Positions 40,071-53,663 are shown, counted from the first letter of the stretch. The stretch: DNA of 64,000 bases from Eledone cirrhosa (GCA_964016885.1 OZ024743.1:162626001-162690000); one strand, 5' to 3'. Notes: generated by a model from the letters alone, not told the origin. Numbers and translations are program-made.

Positions 40071-41057
40071 AGATCTGAATATACCTAAAGTATATTATTC
40101 ACTATCAACATGAACTTGGAAGGCATGATGACAAAAATTTCTCACTTTACGTTTTATTAGAAATAGTAGCCAAGAATGAAAGAAAGTTCATGGAAGAAGA
40201 GGAGTCGCATTTTTTGTTTGTTTTCTTTTGTAATGTTTATTTTGTTTTTGGTTTGTTTTAGTTTTTCTGTTATTTTTAGAGAGGGGTTCTGAAGCGTAAA
40301 TGTTTGTTAAAAACGTATAATTCCAGAAAAGAATTAACAGAGAAAAAAATAAAACATTATGGCCATTTACGTGGTGGTGCTTCTTCCAAAACTCCACTGT
40401 GTGTGTGTGTTTAATATAGAAATGGCTTCTACAGGACTAGAACTGTTTCATTCCAAGGGAATCATCCTTGAGTACCTTACTTCCTGTGGCTATCCCCGAT
40501 TGAACCCGGGATACACACACACACATGTATAATAAATATATATATACATATATAATATACATATATATATATAATATATATATTATATATATATATATAA
40601 TATATTGATATAAATATATATATAATATATATATATATAAATACATATAATATATATATATATATAAATGGAGGCTAACCACATGGCTTAGTGGTTAGAG
40701 CATTGGTCTTGCAATCGAAAGGTTGTGAGTTCAATTCTCAGACCAGGTGATGTGTTGTTTCCTTGAGCAAGACACTTTATTTCACATTGTTCCAGTTTAC
40801 TCAGCTGTAGAAATGAGATGCTAGGGACTGGGGTCCCTGTCATTTCATTGCAAAGTGGTCGTGGAGGTGCCACGGCAAAAAAGTACCCAGCACTCACTGT
40901 AAATGAGGTTGGTGTTAGGAAGGGCATCCAACTGTAGAAATCAAGCCAGAATCAGTTCCCATCCCACCCTTGCAAGCAGGGAAAAAGCGGATGTAAAACG
41001 AAATGATGATGATGAATGAAATGATGATAAATACATATATAATATATATATATATAA

Positions 41058-44000
41058 ATGTTGGATGTTTCGGTGAGGCACAACCGCTCTAATACAGAGT
41101 ACTGCTTTCACTTGTATGGAGTAGCGACAGCAAGTGTATATCCAGCTATTGAAAGCTAAATATGACACAAATCCTTCGATGTTCATCCTGCAGCGCTCGT
41201 CAAAAAGTTTGCAGTCAAAAAATCAGATACTGGGAAACATACACGGAGAAAACAGCCAACCCAACTTGTACACGGAAAGAAAGACATCTTTGCTGGTACA
41301 CTCAATGTTCAAACACTCCAGAAAGACCATAAAATCCCTGAACTGATTGCTTCAGCAGAGGCGACCAACCATGATGTTATCTGTCTTCAGGAGCACCGGC
41401 GCATACATGAAGAGCTTGTAACAAAGGAGCAAATATTTGGCAATTGGAGGCTGATCACTTGCTCAGCTTGGAAAAACAACATGAATGCAGCAAATGGTGG
41501 AGTTGGAATGCTTTTCAGCCCGCAAGCCTATGATGCACTTGCGTGTGTTGAAATGATAATGATAGCTACGTTTAACGGGAATCCTAAAACCACTGTAATC
41601 TCTTGCTATAGTCCAACAAATGTATGTGACATGGTCGAAGTAGAGAGGTTTTACATAGAACTAACATCATTCACTAGACAAATCCCGAAACATAATGTTC
41701 TCATCATTGGCGGAGACTTCAACGCGCGTCTTGGACAGCTTGATAGATTCAAATTCTCATACCACTCACAAACCAATAGAAACGGTTGTATGCTAAAATA
41801 TTACTTGTGTGAGAACAATTTACGATATCTCAACGCCATATTCCAAAAAAGACCAGGCCAGCAGTGGACACACAAATCTCCAAATGGCGACAAGACACAA
41901 CTGGATTATATCATAATCAATTGAAAATGGAAGAACAGCGCAAAAAACTGCAGAGCATATGACTCTTTTGTTAGTGTTGACTTGGATCATCGCATTGTCT
42001 CGGCCAAGATACGATTAGGTCTCCGAGTGGATAAAAAGAAATCTGCAAATGCTACTCCTTACAACTGGGCAGTTCTGAATACCAATCCTGAGACTTACAA
42101 AACCTTTGTAACCCAACTGAGCAACTGATTTGCTGCCCTACAAGACTCTGCGCCAACAAAATCGTCAAATTCTACATTTAACCACTTTCAAATGGCATTC
42201 AAAGAGGCAGCGGCCGACACCATCCCTTTAAAACCCAAGGTTAAAAAACGAAAACCCTGGGAAACAGAGAGGATACGCCAAAAGCGCAAAGAGTTGCGAA
42301 AAGCTGCAGAATTGAAAGACACTCAACGATCTCCAGAAAACATTAGTAACTTCAGTGCTGCTTGTACAGCACTGAAACGTGAGTATGAAATTGAGCAAGC
42401 CAAATACAGGCAGAGAAAGATCAATCATATCTCGAGTACTGTCAGCAATAAGAAGTCTGCTGAAGCCTGAAAAACTGTCAATGAAATTAGTGGCAGAAAA
42501 AGTAGTGACAGAGCCAAACTGAAAGCCTCCAGCCAAGACGAACGTTTAAAACTGTGGCAACAACATTTTCAGAACCTACTTGGCAAAGCACCACAGATCA
42601 TCGAAGAAGAAATAATACCCGTTTTTACAGAGGAACACCAAATACAGAAAGGTCCTTTCACTATGGAGGAACTACAGAAAGCAGTGAAAAGTATTGGTAA
42701 CGGAAAAGCGTGCGGACTCGACGAGATCCCAGCTGAAGTGTGGAAGGTATCAATTTCATCCAATCCTACTAGAGTTGTGTCTATAATCAAGACCCCATAG
42801 ACAAATGGACTGAGGGATGTATACTCCCTTATCCCAAAAACTACCGTGGCAAAACACTAATGGCAATTGCCGCAAAGATATACAATCTTATGCTGTTTGA
42901 CAGAATAAGACCTGTCATTGACCCCTTACTGAGAAAAAACCAAAATGGCTTCCGCACCATCAGATCAACATCAGGGCAAATACTTACTATTCGGCATATC
43001 TTGGAAGGCGTAAAAGCCAAAAACCTCCCAGCAACTCTCCTGTTTATTGACTTTTCAAAAGCATTCGATTCCATCCATCGTGGGAGGATGAGAGAAATAC
43101 TTCTAGCCTACGGCTTGCCAAAGGAAACAGTAAATGCCATCATGATGTTATATAAAAACACCCGCGCAATGGTGCGCTCACCTGATGGAGATACCAACTT
43201 CTTTGACATCATTGCAGGAGTACCATATATTTTTATCATCAGCCTCGATTATGTATTGAGAAAAGCCCTGGATGAAAACTTAGAGCTTGGTTTCACTCTC
43301 ACAAAGCGAAAGTGTAGACGCCAAGCAGCTCAGAAAATCACCGATGCAGACTATGCGGATGATTTAGCGGTCCTCGCTGACTACCTTAAGGATGCAACAT
43401 TACTACTTCACAGCATCGAATCAGTTGCAAAGAAAATCAGACTCTATGTCAATGCAGGCAAAACAGAATATATTTGCCTGAACCAAAACTCCTCAGCTGG
43501 TATGCGAAGTCTAAACGGTGATATAATCAAGCAAGTTGACGACTTCAAATACCTGGGTAGCTATATCGCCTCCTCAGAACATGATGTTAACATCAGACTG
43601 GGAAAAGCCTGGGGAGCATTGAATGCAATGGAAAAGATATGGAAATCAAACCTGCCGGCCAAACTGAAAAGGAATTTCTTCAGAGCTGCTGTGGAATCTC
43701 TGCTTGTTTATGGCTCTGTCACTTGGACGCTAACGTCGAATCTGGAGAAAAAGCTAGACGGGGCATACACACGTATGCTCCGTGCTGCTTTAAACGTGTC
43801 TTGGAGGGAACACCCAACAAATAAGGATCTCTATGGCAATATACCACCTATCAGCAGGTCAATACGTGGACAGAGACTCAGATTTGCTGGCTACTGTTGG
43901 CGCAGCAAGGAAGAAATAGCAGGTGATGTGTTGTTATGAAGCCCATCTCATGGAGCAAGAAATGCTGGTCGTCCCAAGAAGACATACGTCAAGCAACTTG

Positions 44001-44109
44001 AGGACGATACTGGATGCACTGCGGAAGAACTGGCAAACGCTATGAGAGACAGAGATGGATGGAGGAAACGTGTCGTAGAAAGCCGAGCAAGCTCGACCTG
44101 ATGATGATG
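41058..44109 (+). mobile_element. Near full-length RTE-clade LINE (APE endonuclease plus RT), inactivated
   Basis: GTLNVQTL...ICLQEHR; GGDFNARLG; QLDYII; FIDFSKAFDSI; DYADDL; FKYLGS. Stops and frameshifts. (TGA)n tail, flanked by (TA)n. No PHD insert. Confidence 0.95.
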
Positions 44110-44286
44110 TTATATAGATACATATATAATATATATATATATATATATGTATGTAAAAGGTAAACAGAAATAACAACACAATCGGTACAGTATATGGAAG
44201 GGATATATTAGGTTAACGCTTCGTCAGAAGAAAGAATGAGATATATATACATATATAATACGTTGAACCATCTGACAGAAAGGTAT

Positions 44287-44329
44287 ACGATACTGACGAT
44301 AGCTAATAAGCTTGAAACTAGTACATCGT
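44287..44329 (+). ncRNA. Minimal type I hammerhead motif
   Basis: acgata-CTGACGA-t agct aata agct t-GAAA-ctag-TA-catcgt. Core intact, palindromic stem III; mismatch at the first pair of stem I. Confidence 0.7.
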
Positions 44330-45028
44330 TCCTGTGTCAGTGTTGAACAAAAAGGTGACGATGTTGCCTGAACACTGTACGGCGTAATTCGGGCTGTTTG
44401 TTTACAAACAAACCGAGCATTATAATAAATGTTCGGTAAACCCATACGTACATATATATATATGTGTGCATGTATATATATATATACATATTACTGTACA
44501 TCTGTATACATATTACATATATGTATGTACGTATACATACATACTTACATTTAAGTACCAGCCGTACTAAGAGAAATGAAATTTTGTTTCATTCTTTTCC
44601 ACTTATATATATATATATATATATCATCATCATCATCATCATCATCAACGTTTAACGTCCGTGTTTCACGCTTGCATGGGTTTGGACGGGGGTTTTCCCA
44701 CTTGAGGCAAGAGTGATTGTCTTGCTCGCATAGGACTGTCTGGCAGGTTTTCTACAGTTGGATGCCCTTCCTAACACCAACCACATTTACAGTGTGGGTC
44801 TGGGAGGTTTTTACTGTGTTGCCTACACGGCCACATTACAGCGTGGACTGTGTGTTTTTTTGTCGTGACACCTACACGATCTCATTTGTTTCGGCCTGGA
44901 TGGCGCGGCACCAACATATATATGTAAATACATATATAATATATATACATATATATATATAAATACATATATGATATATATATAACATACATATATATAA
45001 ATACATATAATATATATATATATAAATA

Positions 45029-45826
45029 CTGCCTCAAATGCAAACAATGGGTACACAAGAGATGTAGCAGGATCTCAGGAAGCTTAATTAAAAATGTAGG
45101 CTTCACATGTAGCAGCTGTGCTGGGACAGCAAGCAGCAAACAGCCACAGGAAACAAGTACCACCAATCTCTGGGAGGGCTCCTGGAGCGCTGAAGGTGGA
45201 AGACTTACGTAGATTAGAAAGAAACGAAGCCTGCATGCGCCGATGGATGTGTAATAGTAATATACGCGAATGGCAAAGCATAAATGAATTGAGAGAGAGA
45301 CTGAGCATAAGAGGAATCAAATGCTGTGTGCAGGAGAGGTGGTTGCGATGGTATGGACATGTGATGCGTATGAAGGATGACAGCTGCATAAAAAGGTGCA
45401 GAGCACTAGAAGTCAATGTAAACCGCGGAGACCCAAGAAGACCTGGGATGAGGTGATAAAAGCCGACCTTACCCAATTACACCTCTCAAAGGCGATGACA
45501 CACGACCATGACCTCTGGCGTCACGCAGTAATACAGAGTACCCGACCTCCCATGGGTACAAGCTGAAGCATATAGAAAATATGCTCCCACACCCTCCCAC
45601 TGCAAAGTGGTCGTGGAGGTGCCACGGCAAAAAAGCACCCAGCACTCACTGTAAATGAGGTTGGTGTTAGGAAGGGCATCCAGCTGTAGAAATCAAGCCA
45701 GAATCAGTTCCTGTATGAGCAAGGCATGGTCAGCCGACCAGACACTGCCCACAACAGGACAACCCGTCTAACCCATGCTAGCATGGAAGAACGGGCGTAA
45801 AATAGTGATGATGATGATGATGATGA
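45029..45826 (+). mobile_element. RTE family B 3' fragment
   Basis: Matches the reverse complement of 32740-33735, with an internal deletion. Confidence 0.9.
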
Positions 45827-47321
45827 AATACATATATAATATATATATATATATGCATAATATAGACAGTCCTATACGAGCAAGACAACCAATCTTGCCT
45901 CAGGTGGGAAAATTCCCGTCCAAACCCATGCAAGCGTGGAAGATGGACGTTAAACGATGATGATGATGATGATGATATATATATATATATATATATGCAT
46001 AATATATATATATATATAATTACATATATAATATATATATATAAATACATATATAATATATATATATATATAAATACATATATAATATATATATCTAAAT
46101 ACATATAATATATATATATATGAATATATATGTAACATAATACTCCTATGTTTCACCGGCGGTGATTCGAAACCGAATCTGAGGTTTCTCGCCTCTAGAA
46201 CCACCTATTGTTGGGAGTTTCCCATGATTTTCCTGTCAAGAGACAACTATGATAAACATATATATACCACTGTAACCCCAGCTTGTAGACAGAGGAAACA
46301 CATATGGCTGCCCATAAATCAACCTATATACACATCCTTCTAGCTATAGGGCTATTATAACTTGGAAAATCCTGCATCCAGACCGAAGCAGCAGTCTGTG
46401 AGAGAATAACGATGTAGCCAATTCACTTTTACTCTATCTCTCCCTCCTGGCCTCACTGACTCTCACCTTCTCGGCCACAGACTACGCCACCAGATTAGAG
46501 ACCACGAAGCAGCAGTCCTTGATGAATACTAAGGATACACACATACACACACACTCAGTAGGTTTCATTACACTGTTTTAATTCTGTGTTTTATCTATTC
46601 TTTCATCTTCCTGTTAAATCACTTCTATTATATCATCGCTATTTAAAATCACCAATCCTAATACCTAATTTTTGTTGGACCGGCAATCTCTCTGTATAAT
46701 CAGCTCCTGATTGTTACTGGAATTCTATAAGAATCCAGCTTCTATAATTTTCAGCGAAAGCAGGGGAGTGCATGGCTCTGATGAAAGCCAACCAGCGTGA
46801 AACAGACACTCTCTTCTTTCGCCGAAAAGAAGAGACATAGTCACTACTTTAAAACTGATAGCGTATGGTCTTCTAAATGTTTTTAATTAAACATACGATA
46901 TATAATTATCATCATCATCATCATTTAACATCTATCTTCCACGCTAGCATAGGTTTAGACGGGAATTATCCCACTTGAGGCAAGCTTGGTCGTCTTGCTC
47001 GTATAGGACTGTCTGGCAGGTTTTCTACAGCTGGATGCCCTTCCTAACACCAACCACGTTTACAGTGTGGACTGGGAGGTTTTTACTGTGTTACCTACAC
47101 GGCGACATTACAGCGTGGACTGTGTGTTTTTTTTTTGTTGTGACACCTACACGACCTCATTTATTTAGGACTGGATGCTGTGGTACCAACATAACTTTAC
47201 AGAGAAAGGGGTAGTGTTGATGGGGGTGTTGATGAGGGAGTTAGTGTAGTGGGATGGGGGTATACATATATAATATATATATATATATACATATATAATA
47301 TATATATATATATAATATAAT

Positions 47322-47394
<73 letters not shown>

Positions 47395-47459
47395 ATATTA
47401 TATATATATATAAATACATTTTTTTTTGTTGTTGTTCCCATATACTTGTTGCTGTGCTT

Positions 47460-47883
47460 ATATTAGTGAGACATGGGCAGAAACTGCAGAGGATATGCGA
47501 CGGCTGGAGAGAAATGAGGCAAGCATGCTCCGTTGTATGTGCAATGTCAATATGCGTGAACGACCCAGCATAAATGTGTTGAAAGAGAAACTGTGTCTGA
47601 GAGGGATAGAATGTAGTATGCGAGAGAGGAGACTGAGGTGGTATGGACATGTGATGCGCATGGATGATGACCGATGGGTGAAGAAGTGCCAGGAAATGCC
47701 AGTTGAAGGAAGACATGGTAGAGGCAGACCACGAAAAACATGGGCGGAGGTGGTGAGAACAGATCTCAGATCTCAGAGGTTGGTGTTAGGAAGGGCATCC
47801 AGCTGTAGAAATCAAGCCAGAATCAATTCCCGTCCTACCCTTGCAAGCAGGGAAAAGCGGACGTAAAATGATGATGATGATGA
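47460..47883 (+). mobile_element. RTE family C 3' fragment ending in the CORE-SINE-type tail
   Basis: SETWA...RRLERNE...RRLRWYGHVMRM...GRGRPRKTW, then a tail near-identical to 15885-15990. Confidence 0.85.
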
Positions 47884-48444
47884 TAATATATATATAAATA
47901 CATATATTATATATAAATACATATTATATATATATATATATATAAATACATATTATATATATATATAAATACATATTATATATATATATATATATAAATA
48001 CATATATAATATATATATATAAATAACATATATAATCATCATCATCATCATCATCATTTTACGTCTGCTTTTCCCTGCTTGCAAGGGTGGGACGGGAACT
48101 GATTCTGGCTTGATTTCTACAGCTAGATGCCCTTCCTAACACCAACCTCATTTACAGTGAGTGCTGGGTGCTTTTTTTTTCCGTGGCACCTACACATCCA
48201 CTTTACGGTGTGGGCTGGGTGCTTTTTTGCTGTGGCACCTACACGACCACTTTGCAGTGGAATGATAGGGACCCCAGTCCTATCATCTCATTTCTACAGC
48301 TGAGTAAACTGGAGCAATGTGAAATAAAGTGTCTTGCTCAAGGAAACAACACATCACCCAGTCTGAGAATTGAACTCACAACCTTTCGATTGCAAGGCCA
48401 ATGCTCAAACCACTAAGCCATGTGCCTCCATAATATATATAAAT

Positions 48445-50539
48445 CGAGAGGCTACTAAATGAGGAGAATAAATGGGACAAAGATAGTCTGCCCCACATCG
48501 ATCCAATAGAGGGACCAGCAGTGCAAGTTGAAGGTAGTATAATAAGTAAGGCAATCAAAGATATGAAGACAGGCAAGGCAGCTGGGCCTTCGGAGATAGT
48601 TGCTGAAATGCTGAAAGCATCTGGATCAGTAGGACACACTATGGTCACCCGGATAGTAAACTAAGTCATACAGAATGGGGTCATACCAGGTGACTGGCGT
48701 AGCACCATCATCATTAACTGCTACAAGGGTAAAGGAGATGCCCTAGATAGGGGAAACTATAGAGGCATTAAATTAATTGACCAGGTCATGAAGGTCACAG
48801 AAAGAGTTATAGCGCAACTAATCAGATAGCGAATTGATCTAGATGAAATGCAGTTTGGGTTTGTGTCAGGTAAAAGTACCACAGACGCTCTTTTCCTTGT
48901 ACGACAACTACAGGAGAAGTACCTAGCTAAAAGTAAACCCCTATACTTAGCTTTTGTTGACTTGGAGAAAGCCTTTGACAGAGTGCCCCGCTCTATTATC
49001 TGGTGGGCGCTTAGAAAACTAGGTGTTGATGAATGGCTTGTGAGAGCTATACAAGCCATGTATAAAGAAACAGTCAACAAGGTTAGAATTAACAACAAAT
49101 ATAGTGAAGAATTTAGCGTAAAAGTTGGTGTTCATCAGGGCTCTGTCCTTAGCCTCCTCCTATTTATTATTGCCCTTCAGGCTATAACAGAGGAGTTCAA
49201 GACCGGCTGCCCATGGGAACTTCTTTATGCAGATGATCTAATGCTCACAGCTGAATCAATGGCTGAACTAGAGAAGAAATTCCAAACATGGAAGCATGGC
49301 CTAGAATCAAAAGGCCTTAAAATTAACTTATCTAAGACTAAAGTTCTAGTATGTAGAAAAGAAAATAGGGCACTGGTCCCCTCTGGGAAATGGCCATGCT
49401 CAGTGTGTAGGAAAGGAGTAGGCAGAAACTCCATTTTATGTCCCAAATGCAAAGTATGGGTGCATAAAAGATGTAGTGGGATCACAGGTAAGATAACTAA
49501 GAATATGGATTTTATATGTGGCCGGTGCTCTGGTGCAATAAGTAGCAGCAAGTGCCCACAGAATACTAACTCATTCCATTGCACAGATGGTTCTATAGAA
49601 ATAGTGGACACCTTCCGTTACCTGAGTGACAAAATCAGTAGTGGTGGAGGGTGCTCTGAAAGTACAGTAGCTAGAGTCAGAACGGGATGGAAAAAGTTCA
49701 GAGAGCTTATACCACTATTGGCCGCTAAAGGGTTCTCTCTAAAAATGAAAGGCAGGCTGTATGATGCCTGCATACGAACAGCAATGTTACATGGCAGTGA
49801 GACTTGGGCATTGTGTGAAGAGGATATACGCAGACTGGAGAGGAACGAAGCTTGCATGCTCCGCTGGATGTGTAATAGTAATATACGTGAACGGTAAAGC
49901 ATAAATTAGGAATAAGAGGGATCAGATGTTGTTTACTCGAGAGAAGACTACGTTGGTATGGTCACGTGATGCGCATGAAAGACGACAGCTGTATAAAAAA
50001 GTGCAGGACGATAAAAATAGACGGTAGCCACGGAGTAGGCAGACCCAGAAAAACCTGGGATGATTTGATAAATTCCGACCTTACACACTTACACCTCTCC
50101 AAGATCTTTGGCGCTACACAGTAATGACAGAAGACCCGCCTTGCCTAAGTACAAAGCGAAACCTAGTCAGTAGGCACCTCTTAACAAAAATACACCGCCG
50201 TCCCACTACCCCCAACCCATCCACACCACCCCTTTCGATGTAAAGTTATGTTGGTACCACAACATCCAGTCCGAAATAAATGAGGTCGTGTAGGTGTCAT
50301 GGCAAAAAAAACACACAGTCCACGCTGTAATGTGGCCGTGTAGGTAACACAGTAAAAACCTCCCAGTCCACACTGTAAATGTAGTTGGTGTTAGGAAGGC
50401 CATCCAGCCGTAGAAAACCCGCCAGACAGTCCTATACGAGCAAGACAACCAATCTTGCCTCAAGTGGGATAATTCCTGTCCAAACCCATGCAAGTGTGGA
50501 AGATGGACGTTAAACGATGATGATGATGATGATGATGAT
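48445..50539 (+). mobile_element. RTE family A copy (PHD in RT)
   Basis: ORF 48848..49897: AFVDLEKAFDRV, LLYADDL, C4HC3 PHD at 49385-49529, FRYL. 3' tail with (ATG)n. Confidence 0.95.
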
Positions 50540-51094
50540 ATTCAATTTGTTGGTAATTCAAATCTGATAGGAGCGTACCAAATTTTGGTAACCTTGAAAT
50601 ATATATAATAGAATAAATATGGTTTTATAAATATAGTTTCCATTTATTTAATATCATTATATATATATATATATATGATATATTTATCAGGAGCGAAGGG
50701 TGCATGTATGCAACGCATGCAGTGTATGCGTTATAGAATCTTGACTTGATCAATTGCGTCGGTTGAAGCAAGCAGAATTTTGGCTGTTTACTAAATTGTA
50801 GACACGTAAAAAGATAACACACACATACTCACACACACACACACATACACAGAAAAACACGACAGCAGCGGTTGAAGCAAGCAGAATTTTTGGCTGCTTG
50901 CTAAATCGTAGACACATAAAAAGATAACACACACACACACTAGATAACACTACATGCGGCTTTGACTTGGAGGGTCATTTAGAGGGAATTGGGGGAGGGG
51001 GTAAGGCTGCACAGCCCCACTTTCCGCCATGGCGATTGGACTGCATGCCCTGCTTTCCAGGTTACCCTTCGCCAATTTATATATATATATATAT

Positions 51095-52901
51095 CTAGGG
51101 CAGTTAAAATTCCCGAGATCCATGGACGAGTTCTCTCCAGCAGTCTCTGTCCCTCATTATCGCTGCCATGTCCTGCATCTCCAACAGACCAGTCTGTCCT
51201 TAGGGCATCAACATACATTAACCTTGGTCTTCCTCTTCCAGTGTGTCCATGTAGGGGCTCCCACAGGAGCACTGAGTGCAATGACAACTCTGGATGTCAG
51301 TGAGCATGTCCAGCTAACCTCAGTCTCCTCTGTGTCACTTTTGAGATCACTTTTGGGAGGCTCCCATACAGCTCTGAGTTTTTCATCCTCAATGTATACT
51401 GATTAATGTTCAGAGCCATCCTCAGCATTCTCGTGTAGCACCCATCCACCATCTGAGTGAGTTTCTTGGTCAGTGTCCAAGTCTCAGACCCGTACAGCAG
51501 CACAGACTCCACTACAGCAATGAAGAGGCGGATTTTCAGGTCTTTACGAAGGTCCGACTTCCACACCGATCTCAAGCTGTGGCACGCCGCCCAGGCTTTG
51601 CTCTTCCTCTCAACCACATCATCTTCCATATTCCCAATCTTTGCTCCCAAATACAGGAAGCCCTCAACCAATTCTAGCGGCTTCCCGCCTACATTAGTGA
51701 TCCCCTCTGGCTTCTCAACATTCTCTACCAGATATTTTGTTTTAGTCTCATTCATTCTCAGCCCCACACTCATTGACACAGTCTCAACCTCCCGCATCAA
51801 ATCCTCTGCCTCCTTCACTGTATTTGTCAGCAAATTCAGCGCCTGATACCTTTTTCGCCTTAACTCTCCTGCTCTGAGCCGGTGCTACCGTAAAGCCAGA
51901 GTCCTGGTGTTTCTCCAGTGCAAGGCACATACAATAGTCCACTACGATGATAAAAAGGTAGGGAGTCAATGTATCTCCCTGGAGCACTCCAGCCAGTATC
52001 TCAAAAAACTCTGTCATCCCACCAGGTGTAATGACTTGGGCTTTGGTGTTGGTGTAGAGCAGTGATATCAGGTCCACTATCTTCTTGGGGATTCCATAAG
52101 CATGTAAGATCTTCATCAGGCAGTGACAGTCCACAGAATCAAAGGCCTTCCTAAAGTCAATGAAAACCATGACCACAGGAAGGCACTTTGCTCTAGCTCC
52201 CTCTAATATCCTCCTCAGCATCAGGATGTGACTGGTGGTTGATCTTCCCTCTCTGAAGCCGTTCTTCTCCATCTCAGGCTGGATCCTGTTAAGAATCATT
52301 CTGTTGAGGGTCTTTGCCACAAGTGACGTCAGTGAGATCCCCCTGTAGTTGTTGGTGTTAGAGAGATCTCCCTTCTTTGGCACTGGGACAATGTTACTGA
52401 TCCTCCCTGATTCGGGGCAACTCCTTTCTCCAGTGCCCAGTTACAGAACCCCAGGATATCAAAATCACACCTCTTCATCACCTCTGATGCCACTCCATCT
52501 TCTCCATGAGCCTTGCCCTCCTTGATCCTCTTCTTGGCTCTCTGAAGCTCCTCTCTGGTGAAAGGCTCTGTGTCAATATCCAGTTCCTCAAACAGCCGCC
52601 TGATCTCCCCAGTGCTTTGGGCTGTGGAGGGTGGCTCTCCTAGTAGGGTCCTAAAATGGTCTAGCCATTTCCTCTTCCTATCCTCGGGCCCCGTTCCCTG
52701 AATCTGACTCGAACACCTTCTCTTCCTCCGTGATCTCGTTGATGATCATCCAGCTCTCCTTACATCCAGACCTGTCAACCGCTCTCTCCACACTTCTGAT
52801 CTTCTCTATCAGTGCCTCCTCTCTGGCCTCAGTGTAAGCGGTACAGAGTTCTTCCCTCATCACCTCCACAGTCTCCATCCTCTCCTCCGTAGGATCAGCA
52901 T
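51095..52901 (-). mobile_element. RTE-clade LINE, family without PHD, 5'-truncated
   Basis: ORFs 51784..52383 and 51297..51833: PKKGDLS..NYRGISL, FIDFRKAFDSV, GVLQGDTL, FLYLG, LYGSETW. Confidence 0.92.
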
Positions 52902-53197
52902 CATATATAATATATATATACATATATAATATACATATACATATCATCATCATCATCATCATCGTTTAACGTCTATGTTCCACGCTTGCATGGGTTTGGA
53001 CGGGAGTTTTCCCACTTGAGGCAAGAGTGGTTGTCTTGCTCGCATAGGACTGTCTGGCGGGTTTTCTACGGCTGGATGCCTTTCCTAACACCAACCACAT
53101 TTACAGTGTGGGGCTGGGAGGTTTTTACCGTGTTGCCTACACGGCCACATTACAGCGTGGACTATCTGGCGGGTTTTCTACAGCTGGATGCCTTTCC

Positions 53198-53233
<36 letters not shown>

Positions 53234-53299
53234 CGGGCAGCATGTATATTAGCTTTCTCTCTATCCATGAGGTTATATGTGTCGTGAACAGTGTCCACA

Positions 53300-53376
53300 T
53301 TTGCTGACTGAGGATCCTGTGGCCTGTTATACTGCACATATCAGTGGTGAAACGAAGCGAGATTCGTATCAGCAAA
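53300..53376 (+). ncRNA. Type I hammerhead ribozyme, best-formed copy
   Basis: tttgctga-CTGAGGA(53308-14)-stem II-GAAA(53349-52)-cgaa/ttcg-TA-tcagcaaa. Perfect 8-bp stem I, 4-bp stem III, GUA cleavage triplet. Confidence 0.82.
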
Positions 53377-53554
53377 CTTATAGTTATAAGGTTGGTAATT
53401 TAAAACTCTAATTCAGAGATTTGATTCTGACTTAGTTTTTTTTCTATTTAATTGCTAAACCTGTAGATATTGTTCTCTATACAGTAACGGTAAAACTCAC
53501 TTGTAATAACTCTACACACATCTCCTTGTGTAACACACTTCTCTTTGTGTAATA

Positions 53555-53625
<71 letters not shown>

Positions 53626-53663
53626 ATATTAATAAATGGAAACTATATTTATAAAACCATATT

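Noticed and set aside
20967-49902. Recurrent antisense ORFs such as MPFLTPT..., ...HPPPLLI and MTLRPFLSS...
   Set aside because: Shadow frames of RTE ORF2 and its 3' tail; they recur only because the repeat recurs.
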